The notes beneath the pieces are model-generated. The model searched no databases. It saw nothing but the letters and a program-made list of their open reading frames with translations, and was not told the origin of the DNA. A stretch of 63,008 nt of DNA from Clostridia bacterium. Lineage in GTDB: Bacteria; Bacillota; Clostridia; Christensenellales; UBA1242. Shown piece after piece: positions 9,186 through 18,565 of the stretch. The translations under genes and the position numbers were made by a program. The DNA lies in assembly GCA_017523305.1 (NCBI GenBank), contig JAFWWV010000077.1, forward strand, positions 1 through 63,008, in the 5' to 3' direction. Position 1 is the stretch's first letter; every line of letters starts with the position of its first letter.

Positions 9186-12053
9186 ATGAATGAAATTAAA
9201 GTAATAAAGGTTCAAAATCTAAACGATATTGAATTAGGGCAAATAAATAGTTGCGCTAATACTCTTTTTATTACTTCAACAAGAAGTTTGAATTATCAAT
9301 CTAACAAAAGTAAAAAAATGAATGTTGTTGATTTCACTCAATTGCATTCTCAAATTAAATCTTTAACAAAAACAAAGAATTGTTTATCTGAAAGTGAAAT
9401 GAGATATTTGCTTCACAAAACTATTCTTGATTTGGAGAACAAAACAACAAAACAGGCATATAAAAACTCTATATCTCAAATTTATGAGTTGTTTAATAAT
9501 CTACTTTTAAGTAATGTTACGGAAGATTGTATTAATCTCAAACAAATCAAAAAAACGCATTTATCATCTTTTTCAGATGTATTTCAGTTATATATTGACT
9601 ATTTAAACACTTTAAAGAAACAAAACAAACAAACATATCAAATAGCATTTGCAGATGTTTTGGGCGATTACTTTAAACAATTTGATAGTGTAGTATTGAT
9701 AGGTTTTACATTTTTTAATGATGTGCAAAATTTAATTTTTAGAACTTTAATTAAAGAAAATAAACTATCAAGTTTTGTTACTAATGATGATTTTATTATT
9801 CAGGAATTCATTAGTCCTTTATTGAATGATAATAATATTCATTACTCACTTGAAATAATGGGGGATAGTAATTGTAATAAATTTGAAGAATTAAGAAAGT
9901 CAATATATACAAATAAAACCATTGCTTCAGACCTTGCTAATGATATTTTAATCTATAAACCATTCTTTACCAGAGAAATGGAATTCAAATTTATTATTGC
10001 AGATATTTCATCTAAACTAAAAAAATGTTCTACCATTGAGGAAATAGAAAGTACATGTAATAATTTGGCAATTGTAGTAACAAATCAGTTTGCTAAACAA
10101 ACTCAAATTTTTAATGAACTTTTAAGAAATCAAGGTGTTTTTATTAGTCCTGAAAAAAACATATATTTTTCTAGAGAAGAATTTTTAAATAGTAATTATA
10201 AAAACAATTTACCTAAAGAAGAAAGATTACAACAATTCAATCAATTTAGAAGATTGGAAATGTATCAACCACCAAGAACTTTGTTTAATTCAACACTTGG
10301 TCGTTTTATATGTGAAATCTATAAATTGTCAGGTAATGGTATGAAATTGTCAAATTTCACAACCTTAATTCATATTAACTGGTTATTTAGAAACACTCAC
10401 ATTGATGATGTTGTAGGTGAATTTAACACAATAAAAGACTTCTTTGAAAATTTGGAATCTATTCAAGATTGGAAAGAACAAATAAACAAATTAATATCTT
10501 TAAAGAAAGGTGTTAAGTTTGAAAAGGAATTACATAACCACCCATTAAAAGGAATTAGACTTGAAACTTTAGAGTTTATTCAGAAATATATTATCTTTAT
10601 AGATAATGTTACAACAAGAATAAGTAATGTTAATGGAAATGTAAAAAAACATATTAAATCTTTAATAGAAGCTATTAAACAAGAAGTTGATGATGAGGTA
10701 ATTGAAAAACAATTACTATCAGAATTTGAAGAATTGCTTACATCTAAAGATGATGGTGTTGATATTGACAACGAATACTTTGCTCAAAATTTCCAAATTT
10801 TAGTAAGTGAATATTTATCTTCAAAAGTAGAAAAGACAATAAATATAAGACTTAATGCAATCAACTTGGAAAGTGTAAATACTTATGATACGGTATATGT
10901 TCCAATGTTTGAAGAAAATAAATATCCTATGATGTTTAAATATGAATTTCCATATTCTAGCGAAATGGTTGATATTTTATTAGATAAAACTTTAATCAAA
11001 AATTATAGATTACCACTTAATAAAACTTTGGATTATAACATCAAATTATCAAAATATGTATTTGAAAATTTATTTAGGATTGCAAAACAAAATATTATAT
11101 TTACAAGAATTGAAAGTGAAGGTGGAATGCCACTAGATATGTCAATATTTGGGTATGATATTATGTCTAAATTTGATAACCTAAAAGAAGTTGAAATTAA
11201 TTATGAAACAGTTAATTTGCCTGAAGAAAGTAGTAGTGGGTTGATTTTTAAGGATACTAAATTTGATAACTTGTATCTTAATGAACTTCTAGGATATTTT
11301 GTATGTCCAAAGATGTTCTATTATTCAGCTCAATTTAAAGAGAAAAGCTGCTATACTGATAAGTTTTTATTGAACTTCTATACTAAAGCATTAATCATTA
11401 ATAGAACATTGTCGGCATTGGCTAATGGTTCAACCTATGATGAAATGAGATTAAAACAAATGCTATATACAACACTAAATAGTGTTTCAAATGAAGTATT
11501 TGAGTTAATACCTATGTTTGATGATAACAACAAAAATGATATTGTGTTATCTGCTAAAAATTATATTACTTCTTTTGTAAATGAAAAAATCTTTACCGGA
11601 AGATATAAGCCTAAAAAGGACTTTGTTTTGTCATTAAGTAAAGAAAAGGTGATAAAACATAATGGAACTCAAATTAAAACATATAGTAATTTGGTTGTAA
11701 CCGATATTGTGAAGAATGTTTCTTATGAGTTTGATATTAGTAAATCTTTAGATAATCTAATTTCAACAACAGGTAAGAAACAAACAGAGTTGAAACATTT
11801 TTGGGAAATAGTTGATGAACTTGAGAGAGGTTTGCCTATAGATAGGGCAGGAAGTTTGAATTTCTTAAGTTTTAAACTTAATACTCAACTTAATACACCT
11901 AAATTTAATCAAGATGGAATCACAAGAGTAAATGAGGTTGTTGATACTATAAAGAACTATAGAAAGTGTAGTAATATGGGATTTAAACAATCTTCTTATT
12001 GTGCATATTGCAAGTATAAAAATATATGCTTGGGGGTGGTGGATTATGAGTAA
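9186..12053 (+). CDS. AddB-like protein: degenerate helicase-like body plus C-terminal Cas4/RecB-type nuclease domain with Fe-S cysteines
   Basis: C-terminal region has the Cas4/AddB cysteine pattern, 'FVCPKMFYY' then 'CAYCKYKNIC' (C...CxxCx5C). Candidate acidic/Lys nuclease core is 'VVTD...YEFDISK'. No Walker A seen. ATG 9186 lies 8 nt after TATAAT 9173-9178 with no SD, so it may be leaderless; start uncertain (the track gives 9144). Confidence 0.6.
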   Translation: MNEIKVIKVQNLNDIELGQINSCANTLFITSTRSLNYQSNKSKKMNVVDFTQLHSQIKSLTKTKNCLSESEMRYLLHKTILDLENKTTKQAYKNSISQIYELFNNLLLSNVTEDCINLKQIKKTHLSSFSDVFQLYIDYLNTLKKQNKQTYQIAFADVLGDYFKQFDSVVLIGFTFFNDVQNLIFRTLIKENKLSSFVTNDDFIIQEFISPLLNDNNIHYSLEIMGDSNCNKFEELRKSIYTNKTIASDLANDILIYKPFFTREMEFKFIIADISSKLKKCSTIEEIESTCNNLAIVVTNQFAKQTQIFNELLRNQGVFISPEKNIYFSREEFLNSNYKNNLPKEERLQQFNQFRRLEMYQPPRTLFNSTLGRFICEIYKLSGNGMKLSNFTTLIHINWLFRNTHIDDVVGEFNTIKDFFENLESIQDWKEQINKLISLKKGVKFEKELHNHPLKGIRLETLEFIQKYIIFIDNVTTRISNVNGNVKKHIKSLIEAIKQEVDDEVIEKQLLSEFEELLTSKDDGVDIDNEYFAQNFQILVSEYLSSKVEKTINIRLNAINLESVNTYDTVYVPMFEENKYPMMFKYEFPYSSEMVDILLDKTLIKNYRLPLNKTLDYNIKLSKYVFENLFRIAKQNIIFTRIESEGGMPLDMSIFGYDIMSKFDNLKEVEINYETVNLPEESSSGLIFKDTKFDNLYLNELLGYFVCPKMFYYSAQFKEKSCYTDKFLLNFYTKALIINRTLSALANGSTYDEMRLKQMLYTTLNSVSNEVFELIPMFDDNNKNDIVLSAKNYITSFVNEKIFTGRYKPKKDFVLSLSKEKVIKHNGTQIKTYSNLVVTDIVKNVSYEFDISKSLDNLISTTGKKQTELKHFWEIVDELERGLPIDRAGSLNFLSFKLNTQLNTPKFNQDGITRVNEVVDTIKNYRKCSNMGFKQSSYCAYCKYKNICLGVVDYE

Positions 12054-14049
12054 TTTCAATGAAATAATTTATAGTTGCCACTATCCTGCAGATGTTTTAG
12101 CAAGTGCAGGAACTGGTAAAACAGAATTAATAACTAGAAAAGTATCACATCTAATTATTAATGAAGGTGTTGATATTGATAAGATTGCTTTAATTACATT
12201 TACTAATAAGGCAACAGCAGAAACTACAGTTCGTTTAAAAAACAAACTTTATAATGCTTGGAAAGATGGTAATGACAGAATTCGTAAACAGATAGATAAA
12301 TTTAGCATGTCTAAAATATCTACAATACACGTATTTTGTGATAATATCATAAGACAATATTCTTATGAAATTGGGTTATGTCCTAACTATAAAATCTCAA
12401 ATCTAACCCTTGAAAAAGATAGACTTGCAAATGAAATAGTTAAAGATAATTATGATGAAAAAATCTTTGAACAAATACCAATGTATAAGATTGTTAAACT
12501 TTTAATTGACCTTGAAGAAAAGGCAAGTGATAAAGGAATTGATGTTGTTTTAAAGAAATATAAGACTTTGACATTATGGGATTATTTGAGAAATTATTTC
12601 TATAAAATTTATCCTATTTATAAATCTAAATTGGAAGAATTAAAGCTAGAATTGGGAATAATTACAACAAATGATTTAATAAAATTTGCAGTTGAAATTT
12701 TAAGAAATAAGAAGATTGCACCGCACATTATAAACACGATAGAATACTTGTTTTTAGATGAGGCTCAAGACATTAACTTTGAACAAGCAACATTAATGGA
12801 ATTGCTTATTGATTATGGTGTTAAAGTATTTGTTGTGGGAGATGAAAAACAATCAATTTATGGATTTAGAGGAAGTGATAAAAATGCCTTTAATCATTTG
12901 ATTTCTTACATTTCTGCACATAATGGAAAACACTACACTTTAGAGGTGAATTTTAGGTCAAACAAGTTCATTATAGATAAAGTAAATAGTTTATTTTCAA
13001 GGACCTTTAAGTATAAAAAACACAAGTTAAATTTCAATAATCAAAAGCTAATTGCTAACGCGAATGCAGAGAATATTGATAAAAGCATAGAGATAACTTT
13101 TGATAAATCTCTTGCAGAAATTATTAAAAAAGTGGCACAAAACATTGAATATGGGAATTTTGTGGGTTATAATGATATTGTAGTGTTATGCAGAACAAAT
13201 AAAGAAGTTCTAAAAGCATATTACCAATTGAAACGAGAGAACATTCCTGTTCAACTATATTTAAGTAAAAGTATCTATAAATCAAAAGTGATTGTAGACA
13301 TCTTAAAATTACTTAATTATATAGCAGGTGGAAGTAAATTGGAAAAGGCTGAACTATTCTATACTGATTTATATGTATCAGCAAACGCACACCATATAAC
13401 AGAGCAAGAATTTTATGATAGGGTTGATAGCTCTATTAAGACCTTTAAGCAAGAAGGAATATTGCCTGCCATTTCTCAAAACTTGGATAATTGTTATTTG
13501 TTGGAATATTATGCAAAAACAAAAAACAAACAAGCTCTTGCAAACATTCAAAGATTTTATGAGATTTTAAGGGATTTGCAAAATGAAAATCTTACAAGTA
13601 TGGAAATCCTTAACTATCTAAACGTAATGGTAATAACAGGGCAGGAAGAAAATCAACCACAAACAAATCAAGAAAATTCTGTAACGATAAGCACCATACA
13701 TACATTTAAGGGGCTTGACAGCAATGTTATAATCGTTAATGAAGTCGATAACAACTTGAATAAAAATCAATTTGCCGACTTTTATTATACGGAAAGCGAA
13801 GGCTTGTCTTTCAATAAAGACACTATTGTTCCAAATGCAAATCTGGAAAAAGATATTAACTTTGAAACTAGCAAAAAGCAGATAATAATCGACAACTTGG
13901 AAGAAGAATTGAGGTTGATGTATGTTATGCTTACTAGGGCAAGGAATAAAGTAGTTCTTAATTCGAGAAAGACGCTTGAGAAGGTGAAATACCAAAGCGC
14001 ACAAAATAATGAATATGTCTCGTATTTGAGGTGGTTCTACAACATCTAA
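12046..14049 (+). CDS. UvrD/Rep/AddA-type SF1 helicase without a nuclease domain
   Basis: Walker A 'ASAGTGKTE', motif II 'LFLDEAQDIN', 'GDEKQSIYGFRG', motif VI 'YVMLTRARNKV'. ATG 12046 follows GGTGG and overlaps the upstream stop by 8 nt. Confidence 0.8.
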   Translation: MSNFNEIIYSCHYPADVLASAGTGKTELITRKVSHLIINEGVDIDKIALITFTNKATAETTVRLKNKLYNAWKDGNDRIRKQIDKFSMSKISTIHVFCDNIIRQYSYEIGLCPNYKISNLTLEKDRLANEIVKDNYDEKIFEQIPMYKIVKLLIDLEEKASDKGIDVVLKKYKTLTLWDYLRNYFYKIYPIYKSKLEELKLELGIITTNDLIKFAVEILRNKKIAPHIINTIEYLFLDEAQDINFEQATLMELLIDYGVKVFVVGDEKQSIYGFRGSDKNAFNHLISYISAHNGKHYTLEVNFRSNKFIIDKVNSLFSRTFKYKKHKLNFNNQKLIANANAENIDKSIEITFDKSLAEIIKKVAQNIEYGNFVGYNDIVVLCRTNKEVLKAYYQLKRENIPVQLYLSKSIYKSKVIVDILKLLNYIAGGSKLEKAELFYTDLYVSANAHHITEQEFYDRVDSSIKTFKQEGILPAISQNLDNCYLLEYYAKTKNKQALANIQRFYEILRDLQNENLTSMEILNYLNVMVITGQEENQPQTNQENSVTISTIHTFKGLDSNVIIVNEVDNNLNKNQFADFYYTESEGLSFNKDTIVPNANLEKDINFETSKKQIIIDNLEEELRLMYVMLTRARNKVVLNSRKTLEKVKYQSAQNNEYVSYLRWFYNI

Positions 14050-14065
14050 AATCGAATAAACATAT

Positions 14066-14099
14066 AAGCACTTAACAAATTTTGTTTAGTGCTTTTTTG
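14066..14099 (+). terminator. Intrinsic terminator after the helicase
   Basis: AAGCACT / AGTGCTT stem with extended imperfect pairing and a T-run. Confidence 0.6.
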
Positions 14100-14120
14100 T
14101 TGCAAAAAAAAGGAGATTTT

Positions 14121-15752
14121 ATGTGGATTGAAGAACAATCGAAAGATGTTAAGACAGTCGCATATTGGTGTTCGTGTTGTAAAATTCCTGTTATTCGAGA
14201 AAAGAAAGAAAATCAAAGATGTCCTATTTGCAGTCGTAGAATGAAATTTTTATCCAACACCTTGCGACCTGTGTTTCCGGCAGAAGAAAAGCTGGTTGAA
14301 ATACTAACAAAAAAGAAATTTGATGACGAGATTTTATGGAAAGGTAAAAGTACCTACTATGTAAATGGAAAAAGTTTAAGAATTACTAATGAAGAAAAGA
14401 TTAATGCAGATGATAAAATGCTGCGAAAAGAATTATTAAATAAGTCATTTAGTTATGAAAAATTTAATAAGAACATTGATTTATTTGTTAAAGCAAATAA
14501 AGAACATTTGGACTATATTACTGATGAAGCAATAAGATTTATTAAAAGCGAAAGCGAAAAATATGATATAAAAAACACTATGGTTTCCTTTAGTGGTGGA
14601 AAAGATAGTACTGTTGTGTCTGACCTTGTATGTAGAGCTTTGCCAGACAAACAAATAATTCACATATTTAGTGATACTACTCTTGAGATTGAGAGTACAT
14701 ATCAATATGTTGAAAGACTAAAGAAAAACAAACAAATAGATATGCATATAGCAAGAAATAATGATAATAATTTCTTTGAAATGGCTAAAAAAATTGGTCC
14801 ACCAACAATGGCAGGTCGTTGGTGTTGCTATATGTTTAAGACCGGTGCTCTAAATAGAAAAATGAATGAGATTTTCAATGGCAGAGTTTTGACTTTCTAT
14901 GGTGTTCGTAGAAGTGAAAGTGCTACAAGAGCTAACTATAATAGAGTAGAAGAAAAAACGGAATCTGTAAAAATTGCAAACCAAAGAAGTTCCGCGCCAA
15001 TCCTATATTGGACAGATTTGGAAGTTTGGCTTTATATATTGGCTAATAAAATAGATTTTAATATCGCATATAGATATGGATATAATCGTGTTGGTTGTTG
15101 GTGCTGTCCTAATGCTTCAATAACATCAGAACTAATGGAAAGAATTTATAATCATAAGAAATTCTATATGTGGGCAGATTACTTAAGAGAATTTGGAAAA
15201 CAATGTGGTAAGGAAGATTTAGACGACTATGTAAAACAAGGTCGTTGGAAAATGAGAAATGGTGGGAAAGGAGTAAAAGCGGCATATTCAGTTAAACTAA
15301 AGTCTGCCGATTGTACAGCCGAAGAAAATGGTAAGATTTATGAACTATACAAGGATTTAGATGACAATTTCTATAATATGTTTTTACCATTTGGCTATTT
15401 ACAAAAAGGAAGAACGGAAATTAATGAAATGCTTGTTTTACACCCAACAACAATGGTTCCAATCGTTTCGTTGCAACCATTAAACAAAAGAAAAATTAAG
15501 ATAGTAACTATAAATGTAAGGAATCCACGTTCTTTACATGCTAGACTTGCATATCAAGTTGTGAAATATAATGCTTGTAATCAATGTTTAAAATGTGAAA
15601 GTTTATGTCGTTTTGGTGCAATTACTTGTAAACCTGATAAATATGAAATTGATAATGACAAATGTAGAAGATGTCAGGCTTGTGTAAATCCAAAATATTT
15701 AGGTGGTGGTTGTCTGATGTGTAGATATTTGAGAACCAAAAAGGAAATATAA
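14121..15752 (+). CDS. PP-loop PAPS-reductase-family protein (DndC/SspD-like) with N-terminal Zn-ribbon and C-terminal 2x[4Fe-4S] ferredoxin motifs
   Basis: 'CSCCKIP...CPICSRRM' zinc ribbon. PP-loop 'SFSGGKDST'. 'CNQCLKCESLC' (CxxCxxCxxxC) and 'CRRCQACVNP'. AAGGAG RBS before ATG 14121. Confidence 0.75.
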   Translation: MWIEEQSKDVKTVAYWCSCCKIPVIREKKENQRCPICSRRMKFLSNTLRPVFPAEEKLVEILTKKKFDDEILWKGKSTYYVNGKSLRITNEEKINADDKMLRKELLNKSFSYEKFNKNIDLFVKANKEHLDYITDEAIRFIKSESEKYDIKNTMVSFSGGKDSTVVSDLVCRALPDKQIIHIFSDTTLEIESTYQYVERLKKNKQIDMHIARNNDNNFFEMAKKIGPPTMAGRWCCYMFKTGALNRKMNEIFNGRVLTFYGVRRSESATRANYNRVEEKTESVKIANQRSSAPILYWTDLEVWLYILANKIDFNIAYRYGYNRVGCWCCPNASITSELMERIYNHKKFYMWADYLREFGKQCGKEDLDDYVKQGRWKMRNGGKGVKAAYSVKLKSADCTAEENGKIYELYKDLDDNFYNMFLPFGYLQKGRTEINEMLVLHPTTMVPIVSLQPLNKRKIKIVTINVRNPRSLHARLAYQVVKYNACNQCLKCESLCRFGAITCKPDKYEIDNDKCRRCQACVNPKYLGGGCLMCRYLRTKKEI

Positions 15753-16870
15753 TGATTTCTTATTTTGACTATTCATCAACAACATATAGAAAACCTAAAC
15801 AGGTTTATAAAGCAATCAAAACATATAAAAAATATGGTGTTAATATAGGTAGGGGAAAGAGTGATTGTTCTAGTAAATGTGAAGAAATAATTGCTGATAC
15901 AAGACAAATGCTTAAAGATTTGGTAAAAGCAGATGATGACTATAAAACAATATTTCAACCGTCTGCTACATATTCGTTAAACCTACTAATAAAAGGAATT
16001 GATTACACAAACATTAAAAATGTTTATATTTCAAAATATGAACATAATTCGGTTGTTAGACCACTTTTAGAAAAGCAAAAAGATATTGGCTTTGAAATTA
16101 TCTTTCTTGATAATTATATAGAGCAATTTAAACAAAAAGCACCTAATCTTGTTATTATGTCGCATTTGACTAATACCTTTGGAATTGTTCAAGAATATGA
16201 AAAAATATTTAGACTTGCTAAACAATATAAGTCCATAAATATATTGGATATGTCGCAGTCTTTTGGATTGTTGGAAACTAATATAACTTATGGTAAGGTA
16301 GACGCAGCGGTTTTTGCAGGTCATAAGACATTGTATGGATTTAGTGGGATTGGCGGTGTTATTCTTAATAACGGATTAAAGCTAAAGGAATTTGCTCAAG
16401 GTGGTACAGGAATTCGTTCAGCAGATGAACAAATGCCTAAAGAAAGGCCTATTAGATATGAGGCGGGAACACAGAATATATTAGGTATATTTAGTTTGTA
16501 CTATTCTTGTAAATACCTTTTAAAACTCACATATAAAAAGATAGAAAATATCGAAAAAAGAAACTTTGAAAGGCTAAAGTCTATATTAGTAAAATATCCA
16601 TTTTTACAAGTTATAGAACCAAAAGAGAAGTGTTCAACTATAATTGCTTGTAAAATTAAAGATTATTCGCCAGAGAACTTTGCAGACTTCTTTTGTAAGA
16701 ATAAAATTGCAATTAGGGTAGGATTACAATGTAGTCCAAATGCACACAAAGAATTTGGTACATTTCCTAGTGGAACAATAAGATTTAGTGTAGGGTTATT
16801 TGTAAAAAGTTGGGAATTTCGCAAACTTAATAAAACATTGAAAAAGTTAGGTAAAAAACTATCACAATAA
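15752..16870 (+). CDS. Class V aminotransferase / cysteine desulfurase (NifS/DndA-like)
   Basis: PLP-lysine motif 'FAGHKTLYG'. Active-site Cys loop 'IRVGLQCSPNAH'. The start shares one base with the upstream stop (TAATG). Confidence 0.75.
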   Translation: MISYFDYSSTTYRKPKQVYKAIKTYKKYGVNIGRGKSDCSSKCEEIIADTRQMLKDLVKADDDYKTIFQPSATYSLNLLIKGIDYTNIKNVYISKYEHNSVVRPLLEKQKDIGFEIIFLDNYIEQFKQKAPNLVIMSHLTNTFGIVQEYEKIFRLAKQYKSINILDMSQSFGLLETNITYGKVDAAVFAGHKTLYGFSGIGGVILNNGLKLKEFAQGGTGIRSADEQMPKERPIRYEAGTQNILGIFSLYYSCKYLLKLTYKKIENIEKRNFERLKSILVKYPFLQVIEPKEKCSTIIACKIKDYSPENFADFFCKNKIAIRVGLQCSPNAHKEFGTFPSGTIRFSVGLFVKSWEFRKLNKTLKKLGKKLSQ

Positions 16871-16874
16871 ATGC

Positions 16875-16905
16875 AAACTATCAGAGAAATCTGGTAGTTT
16901 TTTTT
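16875..16905 (+). terminator. Intrinsic terminator
   Basis: AAACTATCAG / CTGGTAGTTT (one G-T pair) plus a T-run. Confidence 0.7.
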
Positions 16906-16975
16906 ATTTGGTTCTCTAATTTTGATACATTTACAAAAAAGTGTGTTATAATTAACTCGTAGGAGTTGATTTTTG

Positions 16976-17740
16976 ATGTTTACATACGAAGAAATGATAA
17001 AAGAAAGGGAAATTGCTGAAAAAAGCATTGAGCCAAGAGTTTTAAAAGTGTTTAAAGAACATAAAGAAGAATTATTTTCTTTTATGCCAATCGAAAATCA
17101 AACTGGTAAACCTAGAAAAAGCTATGTATATGAATGGCAAACCGGTGATGGTAAAATCTTTTATGTGGGAAAGGGTGTAGGAAATAGAATTAATCATATT
17201 GTTTATGATGAATTAAAGAATGATACAGAAGATGGTGTTTATAATAAATTAAATAAAGAATTTGGAATTTCTGGTGTAAAAGTTATAGAAGGTCTTACTG
17301 ATTGGGAGGCTGCTATATATGAAATATACCAAATATGGTTGAGAGAACAACAGGGTGAAATTCTTCTTCAAACTATTGACGCAACTTCTTATTGGGGAAA
17401 TATAAATGAAATGGAAGATTTGCTTGAAAAAGAAGAAATAAAACCATTTGTTTATTTAATGCCTTATCATAAAAGATATTATAATTATAAAGAAGAAGAT
17501 TTTAGATTTGATGAATGTGAAATTAAAAATTCAAAAGGGATTTATTTATATTCATTTAAAAATGATGATTTAAAACAAAAAGCAACTAAATATTTTGAAA
17601 ATCAAGGGATAAAAGTATATAAATCACATTGTAAAGCTGTAGATACAGTTTTTGTTGCTGGGCTTATTACAAGTCAGCAATATTTATGGTTAAAAAAGAA
17701 AAATTGTAAAATCAATCATATTAAACAATTAGGAATATAG
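16976..17740 (+). CDS. Hypothetical protein with a GIY-YIG-like N-terminal motif
   Basis: 'SYVYEWQTGDGKIFYVGKGVGNRINH' fits GIY-x9-11-YIG...R...H. The rest is unrecognised. AGGAG 10 nt upstream. Confidence 0.45.
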   Translation: MFTYEEMIKEREIAEKSIEPRVLKVFKEHKEELFSFMPIENQTGKPRKSYVYEWQTGDGKIFYVGKGVGNRINHIVYDELKNDTEDGVYNKLNKEFGISGVKVIEGLTDWEAAIYEIYQIWLREQQGEILLQTIDATSYWGNINEMEDLLEKEEIKPFVYLMPYHKRYYNYKEEDFRFDECEIKNSKGIYLYSFKNDDLKQKATKYFENQGIKVYKSHCKAVDTVFVAGLITSQQYLWLKKKNCKINHIKQLGI

Positions 17741-17745
17741 GAAAT

Positions 17746-17988
17746 ATGAAAATAAATTATAAAGAAGCACACAAACATTCTACTAATAATATGGAAGAAA
17801 TAAAACAAAGTAACACTTGTGGTTGCTTTTATTGTAAGGAAATTTTTGCACCAACAGAAATCAAAAATTGGCTAGGAAATACTGCACAATGTCCATATTG
17901 TTTAGTGGATTCTGTTATAGGAAATAAGAGTGGTTTTACCATTACAAATCAGTTTTTAGATATGATGAAAAAGCATTGGTTTAAATAA
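17746..17988 (+). CDS. Small Cys4 zinc-binding 'cytoplasmic protein' family member
   Basis: 'CGCFYCKEIF...I..W...TAQCPYCLVDSVIG...G..IT..FL..M..HWF'. This matches a widespread small family whose function I cannot name. Confidence 0.5.
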   Translation: MKINYKEAHKHSTNNMEEIKQSNTCGCFYCKEIFAPTEIKNWLGNTAQCPYCLVDSVIGNKSGFTITNQFLDMMKKHWFK

Positions 17989-18018
17989 TTCTATATAATA
18001 TATTATAATATAAATATA

Positions 18019-18050
18019 AACCTATTAGATTTAGTCTGATAGGTTTTTTT
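18019..18050 (+). terminator. Intrinsic terminator closing the 17-18 kb cassette
   Basis: CCTATTAGA / TCTGATAGG stem (one G-T), 5-nt loop, T7. Confidence 0.75.
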
Positions 18051-18072
18051 ATTTTTTAGCAATTTACAAGGT

Positions 18073-18137
18073 TGTAAATTTTATTTACAAATAGAGTGTA
18101 AATTATATTTACAAAAAAGTTGTAAATTTTTTTTACA
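18073..18137 (+). promoter_or_regulatory. Three phased 17-bp palindromic operators (TGTAAAT-N3-ATTTACA)
   Basis: Sites at 18073-18089 (perfect), 18097-18113 (perfect) and 18121-18137 (one mismatch). Centre-to-centre spacing is exactly 24 bp. An extra half site ATTTACA sits at 18062-18068. Confidence 0.75.
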
Positions 18138-18143
18138 AAGTTG

Positions 18144-18172
18144 TTGACATTTTTAGTTCTTTGTGTTATTAT
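18144..18172 (+). promoter_or_regulatory. Sigma-A-type promoter of the 22-kb operon
   Basis: TTGACA 18144-18149, 17-nt spacer, TATTAT 18167-18172. It lies 6 nt downstream of the last operator. Confidence 0.65.
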
Positions 18173-18204
18173 ACTTATAGCAAAATTAGTATGAGGTGAA
18201 ATTT

Positions 18205-18564
18205 ATGGTAACAGAAATTGGAAAGTTCTTAAGAGTTATTAGAGCTGAAAGAGGCGAGTCTGCTAGGGATATGGCCGAGAAAATGAATGTTTCGGCTTCA
18301 TATTTGTCTGCTGTAGAACTTGGTAGGAGAGAATTTCCTTTGGCTTGGGAGCAAACCTTAATCGAAGTCTATAACTTAAATGAGGCAAACAAGAAAAAAT
18401 TGCAAAAAGCAATAAAGGATTCAAAAACCAATGTAAAGTTTGACCTTAATGAAGTTGGCAACAAGAAAAAGGACTTAATACTTTCAGTTGCGAAGAATAA
18501 CCTTGATGACAAAACGATTGAACAGCTTTGCGAAATTATTAAAAAATATGAAGGAGACAAATAA
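18205..18564 (+). CDS. XRE-family HTH transcriptional regulator
   Basis: 'IGKFLRVIRAERGESARDMAEKMNVSASYLSAVELGRR' is a classic XRE HTH. AGGTG 6 nt before ATG 18205. Confidence 0.85.
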   Translation: MVTEIGKFLRVIRAERGESARDMAEKMNVSASYLSAVELGRREFPLAWEQTLIEVYNLNEANKKKLQKAIKDSKTNVKFDLNEVGNKKKDLILSVAKNNLDDKTIEQLCEIIKKYEGDK

Positions 18565-18565
18565 A

